A stretch of DNA of 33,493 nt. It comes from Cellvibrio sp. Lineage in GTDB: Bacteria > Pseudomonadota > Gammaproteobacteria > Pseudomonadales > Cellvibrionaceae. The DNA lies in NCBI GenBank assembly GCA_021323495.1, contig JAJQJO010000006.1, positions 1 through 33,493 of the forward strand, in the 5' to 3' direction. The notes under the pieces were generated by a model that was not told where the DNA came from, searched no databases, and worked only from the letters and a program-made list of their open reading frames with translations. Shown piece by piece: positions 18,568-27,198 of the stretch (positions are counted from its first letter, which is position 1; every line of letters starts with the position of its first letter). The position numbers were made by a program, and so were the translations under genes.

Positions 18568-18620
18568 TTACACCTTAAGCTCCCGACTCCAACAATGGCG
18601 CAAGCACTTCCGAGAGTTTT

Positions 18621-19004
18621 ATGGTGAATCTGGGTGATTTGGAAAAACTGGTTCTTAACTATTTGTGGGCGCACGGCATTGCCGATGCAAAGCAAGTGCA
18701 TGATCATTTTAAAAAGTCGCGCGGTGGCAGCCTCAACACCATCCAAAGCACACTGGACCGTTTGCACAAAAAGGGCTTACTCGCACGGGAAAAACAGGGC
18801 CACGCCTATCAATATCGCGCCGCTACTGACAAGAAAGCCTTTATCGGCGCCCTGATCCGTAAAGTGACCCAGGACTTTTCCCCTGACAATGACCAACTAC
18901 TTGCCGCATTTGTCAGCATGTCAGCGGATATGGATGAAGCCCACCTGGATCGCCTTGAACAACTGATCCAGGATTCCCGTCAACGCAGGGACAACGAAAC
19001 ATGA
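18621..19004 (+). CDS. BlaI/MecI/CopY family transcriptional repressor
   Basis: LGDLEKLVLNYLW, SLNTIQSTLDRLHKKGLLAREKQGHAYQY winged HTH, and LLAAFV dimerisation region. Confidence 0.92.
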   Translation: MVNLGDLEKLVLNYLWAHGIADAKQVHDHFKKSRGGSLNTIQSTLDRLHKKGLLAREKQGHAYQYRAATDKKAFIGALIRKVTQDFSPDNDQLLAAFVSMSADMDEAHLDRLEQLIQDSRQRRDNET

Positions 19005-19993
19005 TCGGGGGCTGGGGTGGATTGCTGCTGAACCTTTGGGTTGTTGCGGGAATCGCGACGATCCTGGGCGCAGTGTTGATAGCGCTTGTTCAGTCGCATT
19101 TGCTCGTTGCCCTCGCCCGTTTTAATGCGGCTGCCAAACAACATTTTCTCTGGGCAATTGCTGCCTCTCCGATGTTGATCGGAACTTTTGCCGTCTTGTT
19201 AACCATGACCCCTTCGCTCAGCCATGAATTGGGCTTGTCAGCCGACCATTGTCATTTCCACGGTGATGGCCACGATCACCTGTGCTGGAACCATCCACCT
19301 ATATTTGAATGGCTGGGCTGGAAAGGATTTTGCGCGCTTGGTTTTGCAGCTTTTATTGTCTGGAATTACGCCAGGGAAATTATTCGCCGTCGCGCACAAC
19401 AATCCCATTTGGATACCTTATTGCTACTGTCCGAAACCGCTGACGGCAACCTGTATGTTTACGAAAGCGATCAACCACATGCCTTTACGATGGGGATGCG
19501 CTCGCCCAAAGTTTTGATCAGTTCCGGGTTGGTAAAAGCGCTTGAAACCCGGGAGTTGGCAATTGTTTGCCAGCATGAATATGCGCACCGGGAGCGCCGC
19601 GACCCGCTGCGGTTATGGTGGTTTGGTTTATTGCTTTGCGTATTTATTCCCGCTGCTCGCCGCCAACTGCGCGACGCAATGGAATTAGCCATTGAACAAT
19701 TGGCTGATGCGAAAGTTGCTGCGTCCGCTCACGATTCGTCGTTGGTTGCGCGCACGCTCATCAAGGTAAATCGTTTGGGACTTCGGTATCTCAAACAATC
19801 ACCACAGTTAATGTCCTGTGCTTTCTGTACCACGGCGATTGAAGCACGGATTCACCAGTTGCTCGCGCACCACCAGGGCCGCCAATTTCCATTACCCGGT
19901 TTTATTTTCTCCGCACTCGTCATTTTTGCCATTGGCCTTTATCACGCCGACCTACTCCACCATCTGATCGAAGACCTCCTTCATCACCACTAA
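19001..19993 (+). CDS. M56 (BlaR1/MecR1-like) membrane zinc metallopeptidase, His-rich, without a penicillin-binding sensor domain
   Basis: TM helices, HAFTMG..PKVLISSGL, HEYAH zinc motif, RDPL, EQLAD. Loop DHCHFHGDGHDHLC and C-terminus HADLLHHLIEDLLHHH. ATGA overlap with the repressor gene. Confidence 0.9.
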   Translation: MIGGWGGLLLNLWVVAGIATILGAVLIALVQSHLLVALARFNAAAKQHFLWAIAASPMLIGTFAVLLTMTPSLSHELGLSADHCHFHGDGHDHLCWNHPPIFEWLGWKGFCALGFAAFIVWNYAREIIRRRAQQSHLDTLLLLSETADGNLYVYESDQPHAFTMGMRSPKVLISSGLVKALETRELAIVCQHEYAHRERRDPLRLWWFGLLLCVFIPAARRQLRDAMELAIEQLADAKVAASAHDSSLVARTLIKVNRLGLRYLKQSPQLMSCAFCTTAIEARIHQLLAHHQGRQFPLPGFIFSALVIFAIGLYHADLLHHLIEDLLHHH

Positions 19994-20040
19994 TTTTTGA
20001 GCTTGCAGGCTATGGATAACATTGTATTTCTGGCACTTAA

Positions 20041-20063
20041 AAAACCGATCCTGAATCGGTTTT
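20041..20063. promoter_or_regulatory. Palindrome copy 2, at the 5' end of czcC; candidate operator
   Basis: AAAACCGAT-CCTGA-ATCGGTTTT, with arms identical to copy 1. Confidence 0.55.
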
Positions 20064-20098
20064 TAAAACGAAAGTTAACCGGGCTGGGGCGAATTGCC

Positions 20099-21355
20099 AT
20101 GCGCCTGGGTTTGCTGGCGAGCTTATTCACATACGCATCCGCGCACGCGCAATCAGCCAACCTGAGCTGGCAAGAGGCTGCTCGATTAACCCTGGAACAA
20201 AGCCCGTCATTAACGGCATTTGGTTATGAATTGGATGCGCAAGCAGGACGAATCCAACAAGCCGGTTTAAAACCCAACCCGGAATTGTCGCTCACCGTGG
20301 AAGACGCGGCGGGCAGCGGTGATTTCAAATCCATGGATAGTGCCGAAACAACATTGGCAATTAGCTGGATACTCGAGGGCACCCAACGGCGCGAGCGCGT
20401 AAAGGCAGCTGAAGCGGCAAATGCGGTATTAACGGCCGAGCGGGACATCAAACGCCTCGATGCACTGGCCAGCACTGCGCGCTGGTATGCACAGGCAATG
20501 GCATTGCAGGCGCAAGCTAAACAAGCGCAATCTGCCTTGGCCACCGCTGAGGAAGCGGTGAAATTTATTGGCCAGCGCGTGCGGGTGGGCAATTCACCGG
20601 CAGCCGAACTGGCGCGTGCCGAAGTTGAATTGGCAAATCGACGGTTGGAGCGCGAAGACATTTCCCATGAACAAGCCATTGCACACCGCCAGCTCGCCGC
20701 ACAATGGGGTGAGACCCGGGTTCCATTCACGGCAGTCGCGGCCGACATCAACCAGATTCCGGCCAGCCTGAGTTTTGCAGAATTACAGGCCCGGCTTCAA
20801 CAACATCCGCGGCTCCAGTTCCTTGTTACGCGTGAGCGCCTGGAGGAGTCCCGAATCGCATTAGCCCAATCACAGGGCAAGGCGCAGTGGCATGTATCCG
20901 CAGGTATCAAACAGTTGGCAGCAACCGATGACCAGGCATTGGTGGCTGGTGTGTCGGTGCCGCTCACCGTTTTTGACCGCCAACAAGGCCGGGTAATCGA
21001 GGCACGGGCATTGGCTGCATTGAGTCGCGCCGAGCGCGAAGCCGAACAAATCGCGTTGGATACAGCCGTATTTTCCTTGCACCAGGAATTCACCCACAGC
21101 CTCCATCGATTACAGAGCTATCGCACGCAAATAATTCCCGCCCTGGAAAATGCATTAAAAGAAACCCGTCGCGCTTACGACAGCGGGCGCTACAGCTATC
21201 AGGAATGGGTTGGCGTGCAGCGTGAATTATCAAGCGCGCAGCAGCAGTATCTCGACACCGCACTCGCTGCCCATTTGCAATCCATTGAAATCGAACGTCT
21301 CACTGGCATTTCTATCAATGCTATTGCTGCAACCCGTTCTGCAATTTCCGAGTAA
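20099..21355 (+). CDS. czcC: Heavy-metal RND outer membrane factor (TolC/CzcC family); start uncertain (ATG 20099 or ATG 20012)
   Basis: Signal peptide MRLGLLASLFTYASAHA, QAGLKPNPEL, GVSVPL.VFDRQQG, YDSGRYSY, EIERLTG. First gene of the CBA triplet. Confidence 0.88.
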   Translation: MRLGLLASLFTYASAHAQSANLSWQEAARLTLEQSPSLTAFGYELDAQAGRIQQAGLKPNPELSLTVEDAAGSGDFKSMDSAETTLAISWILEGTQRRERVKAAEAANAVLTAERDIKRLDALASTARWYAQAMALQAQAKQAQSALATAEEAVKFIGQRVRVGNSPAAELARAEVELANRRLEREDISHEQAIAHRQLAAQWGETRVPFTAVAADINQIPASLSFAELQARLQQHPRLQFLVTRERLEESRIALAQSQGKAQWHVSAGIKQLAATDDQALVAGVSVPLTVFDRQQGRVIEARALAALSRAEREAEQIALDTAVFSLHQEFTHSLHRLQSYRTQIIPALENALKETRRAYDSGRYSYQEWVGVQRELSSAQQQYLDTALAAHLQSIEIERLTGISINAIAATRSAISE

Positions 21356-21364
21356 GAGGCATCT

Positions 21365-22669
21365 ATGCAAGTAACGACGCAAATAACAACTCACATAACA
21401 ACGCACATAACAACGCACATAACAACGCACATAACAACGCGAGCAACAATCAAACATTGGATCAGGACATGGGGCTTGATTATCGGCTGTCTCGCCATTA
21501 CCGCCTGCAGCGATGGTGGCAATCATCAAGCCTCCGGGCATGGAGAGACGGCACCCGCCATTGAAAAAGGTGAACACAACGGCCGGCTACTCCACGACAA
21601 AGGCTTCACCCTGGAGCTGGCGATTTTCGAAACCGGCGTACCACCCGAGTATCGCGCCTGGGCATTTGTCGATAAAAAACCGGTAGCCCCGCAAGATGTA
21701 ACACTCACGGTTTCTTTGACGCGGCTCGGCGATAAAGTGGATACCATTCGTTTTGCACCGCAAGGAGAATTCCTGCGCGGTGATTCCGTAATTTACGAAC
21801 CGCATTCGTTTATTGTTTCCATCGAAGCTGTTCATAACGGCCAAACCCATCGCTGGAAGTATGAGAGTTTTGAAGGCCGTACGCGCATTGAACCTGCGGT
21901 TGCCGATGCATTAGGTATCCAGGTCGAAACCGCCGGCCCCGCACGCTTGCAAGAAACCATTGATGTGTTTGGAAAAGTTACTGTTGCACCCGGCTTTGAG
22001 CGCGCGGTGGAAGCGCGGTTTCCCGGCCAAATCTCCGCCGTGCATGTTGCGCTTGGCGATAATGTAAAAGCAGGACAAGCATTATTAACCGTGGAAAGTA
22101 ATGAGAGCCTCAAAGCCTACACCGTATCCGCTCCCATCTCCGGAGTGGTTGCCAGCCTCTCCGCAAAAGTGGGTGAGCAAAGCCAGAATAAAACGTTACT
22201 GCGCATTATCGATCACAGCCAGGTAGCTATCGAACTGGCAGTATTTCCAGAACAACTCGAACGCGTAAAACGCGCTGCACCGGTTTCGATTTTATACCGC
22301 GATCAAACCTTCGCGGGCCAGATAGAACAAATCGCTCCCGAACTTAATGACAACCAGGCAGCCACTGTGCGTGTCAACCTTGCGCAATCATTGCCTATTG
22401 GCGCGACTGTCACCGGCCGCATCCAGGTCGATGAATACGATGTACCGCTCGCCGTAAAACGCACAGGCCTGCAAGCCTTCCGCGATTTCACCGTGGTATA
22501 CGCGCAGGTTGGGGATGAGTATGAAGTACGTATGTTGGAGCTGGGCCGTGAAGCTGGCGACCGGGTGGAAATTCTGGGCGGGTTGGAACCCGGCACCCGC
22601 TATGTGACGGAAAACAGTTATGTCATTAAAGCCGACGTCGAAAAATCCGGCGCGTCCCATGATCACTGA
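21365..22669 (+). CDS. czcB: Heavy-metal RND membrane fusion protein (CzcB family), probable lipoprotein
   Basis: Lipobox-like LAITAC, lipoyl-hybrid motifs VALGDNVKAGQALL and VSAPISGVV, EILGGLEPG, C-terminal ASHDH. Confidence 0.88.
   Translation: MQVTTQITTHITTHITTHITTHITTRATIKHWIRTWGLIIGCLAITACSDGGNHQASGHGETAPAIEKGEHNGRLLHDKGFTLELAIFETGVPPEYRAWAFVDKKPVAPQDVTLTVSLTRLGDKVDTIRFAPQGEFLRGDSVIYEPHSFIVSIEAVHNGQTHRWKYESFEGRTRIEPAVADALGIQVETAGPARLQETIDVFGKVTVAPGFERAVEARFPGQISAVHVALGDNVKAGQALLTVESNESLKAYTVSAPISGVVASLSAKVGEQSQNKTLLRIIDHSQVAIELAVFPEQLERVKRAAPVSILYRDQTFAGQIEQIAPELNDNQAATVRVNLAQSLPIGATVTGRIQVDEYDVPLAVKRTGLQAFRDFTVVYAQVGDEYEVRMLELGREAGDRVEILGGLEPGTRYVTENSYVIKADVEKSGASHDH
21371..21442 (+). 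repeat. 12-bp in-frame tandem repeat, 6 copies (ataacaacgcac), encoding ITTH-like units
   Basis: Protein reads VTTQ-ITTH-ITTH-ITTH-ITTH-ITTR. Confidence 0.92.
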
Positions 22670-22702
22670 TCTGCTGTCACAGACTGGCTATAGGAATTTC
22701 CC

Positions 22703-25700
22703 ATGTTGGAATCGCTGATTAAATTTTCGCTGCATCGACGCACATTCATTGTGAGCCTGGTGTTACTGGTATGCGCCTTGGGTTTATGGAATTTCAATCG
22801 CCTGCCGATTGATGCCGTCCCGGATATCACCAACGTACAAGTTGTCATTAATACCGAAGCGCCGGGTTTCACCCCCTTGGAAGTTGAACAGCGCATCACC
22901 TTTGCGCTGGAAAATGCAATGACGGGTTTAAAAGGATTGAGTTACACCCGCTCATTATCGCGTTACGGTTTATCGCAAATCACGCTGATTTTTGATGATG
23001 GAACTGATATCTATTTTGCTCGCCAGCAAGTCACTGAACGTTTGCTCTCGGCTGCCGATGAATTGCCATCCGATCTGACTCCAAAACTCGGGCCAGTCGC
23101 TACCGGTTTGGGTGAAATATTTATGTTTACGGTGGATGCCGAACCAGGGGCCACCCGTGACGATGGAAAAGAATTTACCCCAACTGATTTGCGCTCCATT
23201 CACGACTGGATTATTCGTCCGCAACTATTACGTGTGCCTGGTGTTGTCGAGGTTAACCCGATTGGTGGCCACAAGCGGGAGATTCTGGTCGCACTTGATC
23301 CTGCCAAAATGCTCGCGCGAAAAGTTACCCAGGAACAGGTCATTAACGCGCTGGGACGCAGCGGGCAAAACCGGGGCGCCGGTTATGTTGAACACAGCGG
23401 CGCGCAATGGTTAATCCGGGTACCCGGCCAGGCACAAACACTTGCCGATATCGAACATACCTTGTTGTTTGAACAGGGTGGCATTCCGGTTCGTGTTAAA
23501 GATGTTGCCAACGTTGAAGAAGGTTTGGAATTGCGCTCAGGCGCTGCCTCGCAAAATGGCCGCGAAGTGGTAATGAGTACAGTGTTTATGTTGATCGGCG
23601 AAAACAGCCGCAAAGTCGCTACCGATGTCGGTGCAAAACTTGACACTATTAAAGCCAGTTTGCCCGACGGAATTACGCTCACTGCTGTCTATGACCGCAC
23701 TAGCCTGGTCAATAAAACCCTCGATACCGTGCAAAAAAACCTGCTGGAAGGTGCCCTGCTCGTTATCGTCGTGTTGTTTGTATTGTTGGGAAATTTGCGC
23801 GCAGCGCTGATCACCGCCACCGTGATTCCGGTCACCATGCTAATGACCATTACCGGAATGGTGCAAAGCAAAGTCAGTGCAAATTTAATGAGCCTTGGTG
23901 CCCTGGACTTTGGTTTGATTGTGGACGGCGCTGTCATCATTGTGGAAAACTGTTTGCGTCGTTTGGGTGAGGCCCAGCGCTCGCGCACATTGGATTTGGA
24001 TGAACGCCTTGCACTGGTTTTTGAAGCGACCCGCGAAGTTATCCGCCCTGCGTTATTCGGTGTATTTATTATCACCGCTGTGTACCTTCCAATATTTGCA
24101 TTGACCGGTGTGGAAGAAAAAATGTTTCACCCGATGGCATTGACTGTGATCATCGCGTTAGTGAGCGCCATTATTCTCTCGGTCACTTTTGTTCCGGCAG
24201 CAGTGGCATTTTTATTTAACAAACCAGTCGTTGAACGACATAATCCGATTATCGAACGCAGCCGGGTTCGCTACCAATCACTGTTAAAAAAAGTATTGCA
24301 ATGGCGGCTATGGATCGTCACAAGCGCCGCACTTTTAGTGCTCGTGAGCGGCCTTGCTGCAACCCGCCTTGGCAGTGAATTTATTCCCAACCTGGATGAA
24401 GGCGATATCGCCATGCATGCGCTGCGTATCCCCGGCACATCATTAACGCAAGCGCTGGAGTTCCAACAACAATTGGAAGCCAAAATCAAAACCATGCCGG
24501 AAGTTGAACGAGTCTTCGCAAAAATTGGTACTGCCGAAGTAGCGACCGATCCTATGCCACCCAGTGTGGCCGATAACTTCATTATTTTAAAACCGCGCGA
24601 CCTATGGCCTGATCCATCCAAACCTAAAACGCAGATCGTTACCGAGTTAGAAACATTGGTTACGCCTATACCCGGCAACCGGTATGAATTTTTGCAACCG
24701 ATCCAGATGCGTTTCAATGAATTGCTTGCCGGGGTCCGCGCCGAATTAGCCATCAAAGTGTTTGGTGACGATTTCGACGAGCTGATAAAAGCCGGTGAAG
24801 CGATAGAACACCTGGTGATGGCCATTCCCGGCGCTGCGGACGTTTCCCTGGAACAGGCCACTGGTTTACCAGTGCTGACATTACAACCCGATCTGGAAAA
24901 AATGGCGCGCTACGGAATAACGCTGGAGCATTTACAGAATACAGTTGCAACCGCATTTGGTGGTCAGGTTGCGGCACAATTTTATGAAGGCGATCGCCGC
25001 AGCGATATCGTGGTGCGGTTACCGGAATCCTTGCGCAGCAACATGGATGCAATGGGAAATCTTCCGGTGAGCCTTGCCAATAATGATTATGTACCATTAA
25101 GCGAGTTAGTGACGTTCGAAAAAACCACCGGCTACAACCAGGTGTATCGTGAAAATGGCAAACGCCGTATGGTCATCACTGCCAATGTGCGCGGTACCGA
25201 CCTCGGTTCATTTGTACAATCAGCGCGCGCGGCAATCGAAGCGCAAATCGAATTGCCTGCCGGGTATTGGATTGAGTACGGTGGAACTTACCAGCAACTA
25301 CAATCAGCTTCCAAACGCTTATCCTGGGTTGTGCCATTGACGCTTGCATTAATTCTGGTGTTGCTGGTGATAGCATTGGGCTCATGGAAAGATGCCGGTA
25401 TTATTTTTACCGGAGTGCCACTGGCATTAACCGGGGGCTTATTGGCGCTGCTGCTGCGCGACATTCCATTTTCAATATCGGCAGCCGTGGGATTTATTGC
25501 ACTATCCGGTATCGCCGTACTCAATGGTTTGGTAATGGTATCGTTCATCCGGGATTTGCGTCAGCAAGGTCAATTACTGGAAGACGCGATCATTCAGGGA
25601 GCGATCACCCGTTTGCGCCCGGTACTGACCACGGCGTTGGTTGCCGGACTGGGATTTGTGCCCATGGCATTTAATACGGGCGTAGGCTCGGAAGTTCAAC

Positions 25701-25834
25701 GGCCATTAGCGACTGTCGTGATTGGAGGAATTATTTCGTCAACCTTGTTAACATTGGTTGTGCTGCCAGCGCTCTATCGCTTACTCCATAAAGAACCATC
25801 AAAACATAAATCAATACCGCAAGCGGCCTATTAA
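22703..25834 (+). CDS. czcA: CzcA-type divalent cation RND efflux permease
   Basis: LPIDAVPDITNVQV, NLMSLGALDFGLIVDGAVIIVEN (DFG..DG..EN divalent-type TM4), RLRPVLTTA, GSEVQRPLATVVIGG. Confidence 0.95.
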   Translation: MLESLIKFSLHRRTFIVSLVLLVCALGLWNFNRLPIDAVPDITNVQVVINTEAPGFTPLEVEQRITFALENAMTGLKGLSYTRSLSRYGLSQITLIFDDGTDIYFARQQVTERLLSAADELPSDLTPKLGPVATGLGEIFMFTVDAEPGATRDDGKEFTPTDLRSIHDWIIRPQLLRVPGVVEVNPIGGHKREILVALDPAKMLARKVTQEQVINALGRSGQNRGAGYVEHSGAQWLIRVPGQAQTLADIEHTLLFEQGGIPVRVKDVANVEEGLELRSGAASQNGREVVMSTVFMLIGENSRKVATDVGAKLDTIKASLPDGITLTAVYDRTSLVNKTLDTVQKNLLEGALLVIVVLFVLLGNLRAALITATVIPVTMLMTITGMVQSKVSANLMSLGALDFGLIVDGAVIIVENCLRRLGEAQRSRTLDLDERLALVFEATREVIRPALFGVFIITAVYLPIFALTGVEEKMFHPMALTVIIALVSAIILSVTFVPAAVAFLFNKPVVERHNPIIERSRVRYQSLLKKVLQWRLWIVTSAALLVLVSGLAATRLGSEFIPNLDEGDIAMHALRIPGTSLTQALEFQQQLEAKIKTMPEVERVFAKIGTAEVATDPMPPSVADNFIILKPRDLWPDPSKPKTQIVTELETLVTPIPGNRYEFLQPIQMRFNELLAGVRAELAIKVFGDDFDELIKAGEAIEHLVMAIPGAADVSLEQATGLPVLTLQPDLEKMARYGITLEHLQNTVATAFGGQVAAQFYEGDRRSDIVVRLPESLRSNMDAMGNLPVSLANNDYVPLSELVTFEKTTGYNQVYRENGKRRMVITANVRGTDLGSFVQSARAAIEAQIELPAGYWIEYGGTYQQLQSASKRLSWVVPLTLALILVLLVIALGSWKDAGIIFTGVPLALTGGLLALLLRDIPFSISAAVGFIALSGIAVLNGLVMVSFIRDLRQQGQLLEDAIIQGAITRLRPVLTTALVAGLGFVPMAFNTGVGSEVQRPLATVVIGGIISSTLLTLVVLPALYRLLHKEPSKHKSIPQAAY

Positions 25835-25853
25835 TCCCCCGTAAGGACTTACC

Positions 25854-26702
25854 GTGAAATGTTTGTTGTTGTTTTGTTTAACCTTGCTGGGCAATTTCGC
25901 GCTGGCTCATGGCATGTCTGCCGAAGACCAGGCACGCATCCTTAACGCGGGCCCGCTGGAGTATATGCGCCTGGGTGCAACCCACATGCTGGGCGGTTAT
26001 GACCATTTATTGTTTTTATTCGGGGTGATGTTTTTCCTGACTCGCTTTAAAGACATCATTATCCTGATTACCGCGTTTACCCTTGGCCATTCCATTACGC
26101 TGGTAAGTGCAACACTGGCGGGAATCCAGGCTAATTATTATTTAATTGACGCCGTCATTGCGCTAACCGTTTGCTACAAGGCATTTGAAAACCTGGATGG
26201 ATTTAAAAAATACCTTGAAGTTAATCCACCCAGCCTGGCGTGGATGGTCTTTATCTTTGGGTTGATCCATGGATTCGGATTATCAACGCGCTTGCAGCAA
26301 CTGCCGTTAGGCGACGATGGATTGATACTTAACATATTGTCATTCAACGTCGGGGTTGAACTGGGACAGATTATTGCGCTCGGTATTATTTTTGTATTGC
26401 TGGCGGGTTGGCGCAAAACCGAATCTTTCCGCAAATTCAGCAGAGCCGCGAACGTATTGCTGATGTTCGTTGGCGTCCTGTTATTGCTAATGCAATTACA
26501 TGGGTACCAACACACACAATATCCTGATGACTTTCCACTCAATGCAGATGACCACCACCATATCCATCAGGACATGGCCAAAGAAGGATCAGCCTTATCC
26601 AGGTATCCGAAACGTCTCAACCTGAACGAAGATTCCGGCGCGGAAGCGGAAGACGAATCCGAGATGCATACCCATGACGGTGAAAATTTTCACGACCATT
26701 AA
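25854..26702 (+). CDS. HupE/UreJ family membrane protein with a His/acidic C-terminal tail
   Basis: GTG start after AAGGA. Motifs LAHG, GATHMLGGYDHLLF, TAFTLGHSITL, FGLIHGFG, FNVGVELGQ. Tail DDHHHIH...MHTHDGENFHDH. Confidence 0.88.
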   Translation: MKCLLLFCLTLLGNFALAHGMSAEDQARILNAGPLEYMRLGATHMLGGYDHLLFLFGVMFFLTRFKDIIILITAFTLGHSITLVSATLAGIQANYYLIDAVIALTVCYKAFENLDGFKKYLEVNPPSLAWMVFIFGLIHGFGLSTRLQQLPLGDDGLILNILSFNVGVELGQIIALGIIFVLLAGWRKTESFRKFSRAANVLLMFVGVLLLLMQLHGYQHTQYPDDFPLNADDHHHIHQDMAKEGSALSRYPKRLNLNEDSGAEAEDESEMHTHDGENFHDH

Positions 26703-26711
26703 CTTTTAACA

Positions 26712-26762
26712 TTTTTTTACTTACTTTTTTTACATACTTTTTTTACATACTTTCTTACTCAC
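26712..26762. repeat. 13-bp tandem repeat, about 4 copies (tttttttacatac)
   Basis: tttttttacttac / tttttttacatac / tttttttacatac / tttcttactcac. Confidence 0.8.
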
Positions 26763-26795
26763 TTTTTGATTTTATTTTAATAAGGGAAAAACACC

Positions 26796-27152
26796 ATGAA
26801 AAAAATTGCACCATTTGTACTGGCAGGTTTGCTGGGATGTACCCAATACACCCTGGCCCATGAAGATCACGAACACACCTTCATCACCGAGACTGATGCT
26901 GTTGTTGTAGCACAAAAAACGGTAACCACCCTGACCCAAAAAGACGCAGGACTGGGGTTTGGAAAGTTACCCGCCAGTTGGGCTGCATTACCTGCCGGGA
27001 AAGTAAAACTGCATAAAAATGGAATGGGCTATTACATAGTCGCAGCTCAGAATGATGCGGCGGGAAAGACTTTGTATGTGCTGATGTCATCTGAGGATGG
27101 TGAAGTTTACGACGCAAACTTCACTGGCGAATTTAAAGATCTTGAGCAATAA
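26796..27152 (+). CDS. Small exported protein with a His-rich mature N-terminus (possibly DUF6488-like)
   Basis: AAGGGA RBS, signal peptide ending TLA followed by HEDHEH, and KTLYVLMS..GEVYDANFTGEF. Confidence 0.75.
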   Translation: MKKIAPFVLAGLLGCTQYTLAHEDHEHTFITETDAVVVAQKTVTTLTQKDAGLGFGKLPASWAALPAGKVKLHKNGMGYYIVAAQNDAAGKTLYVLMSSEDGEVYDANFTGEFKDLEQ

Positions 27153-27162
27153 CCCGGCATCA

Positions 27163-27198
27163 CTATGGCAACCAGAACGACTGCTTTGGTTGCCGTAG
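27163..27198 (+). terminator. Stem-loop after the czc/hupE operon
   Basis: ctatggcaacca ... tggttgccgtag 12-bp stem (one G-U pair); no strong U tract. Confidence 0.45.

Noticed and set aside
22703-25834. CusA/SilA (Cu+/Ag+) assignment
   Set aside because: TM4 has the DFG..DG..EN signature of divalent CzcA-type pumps.
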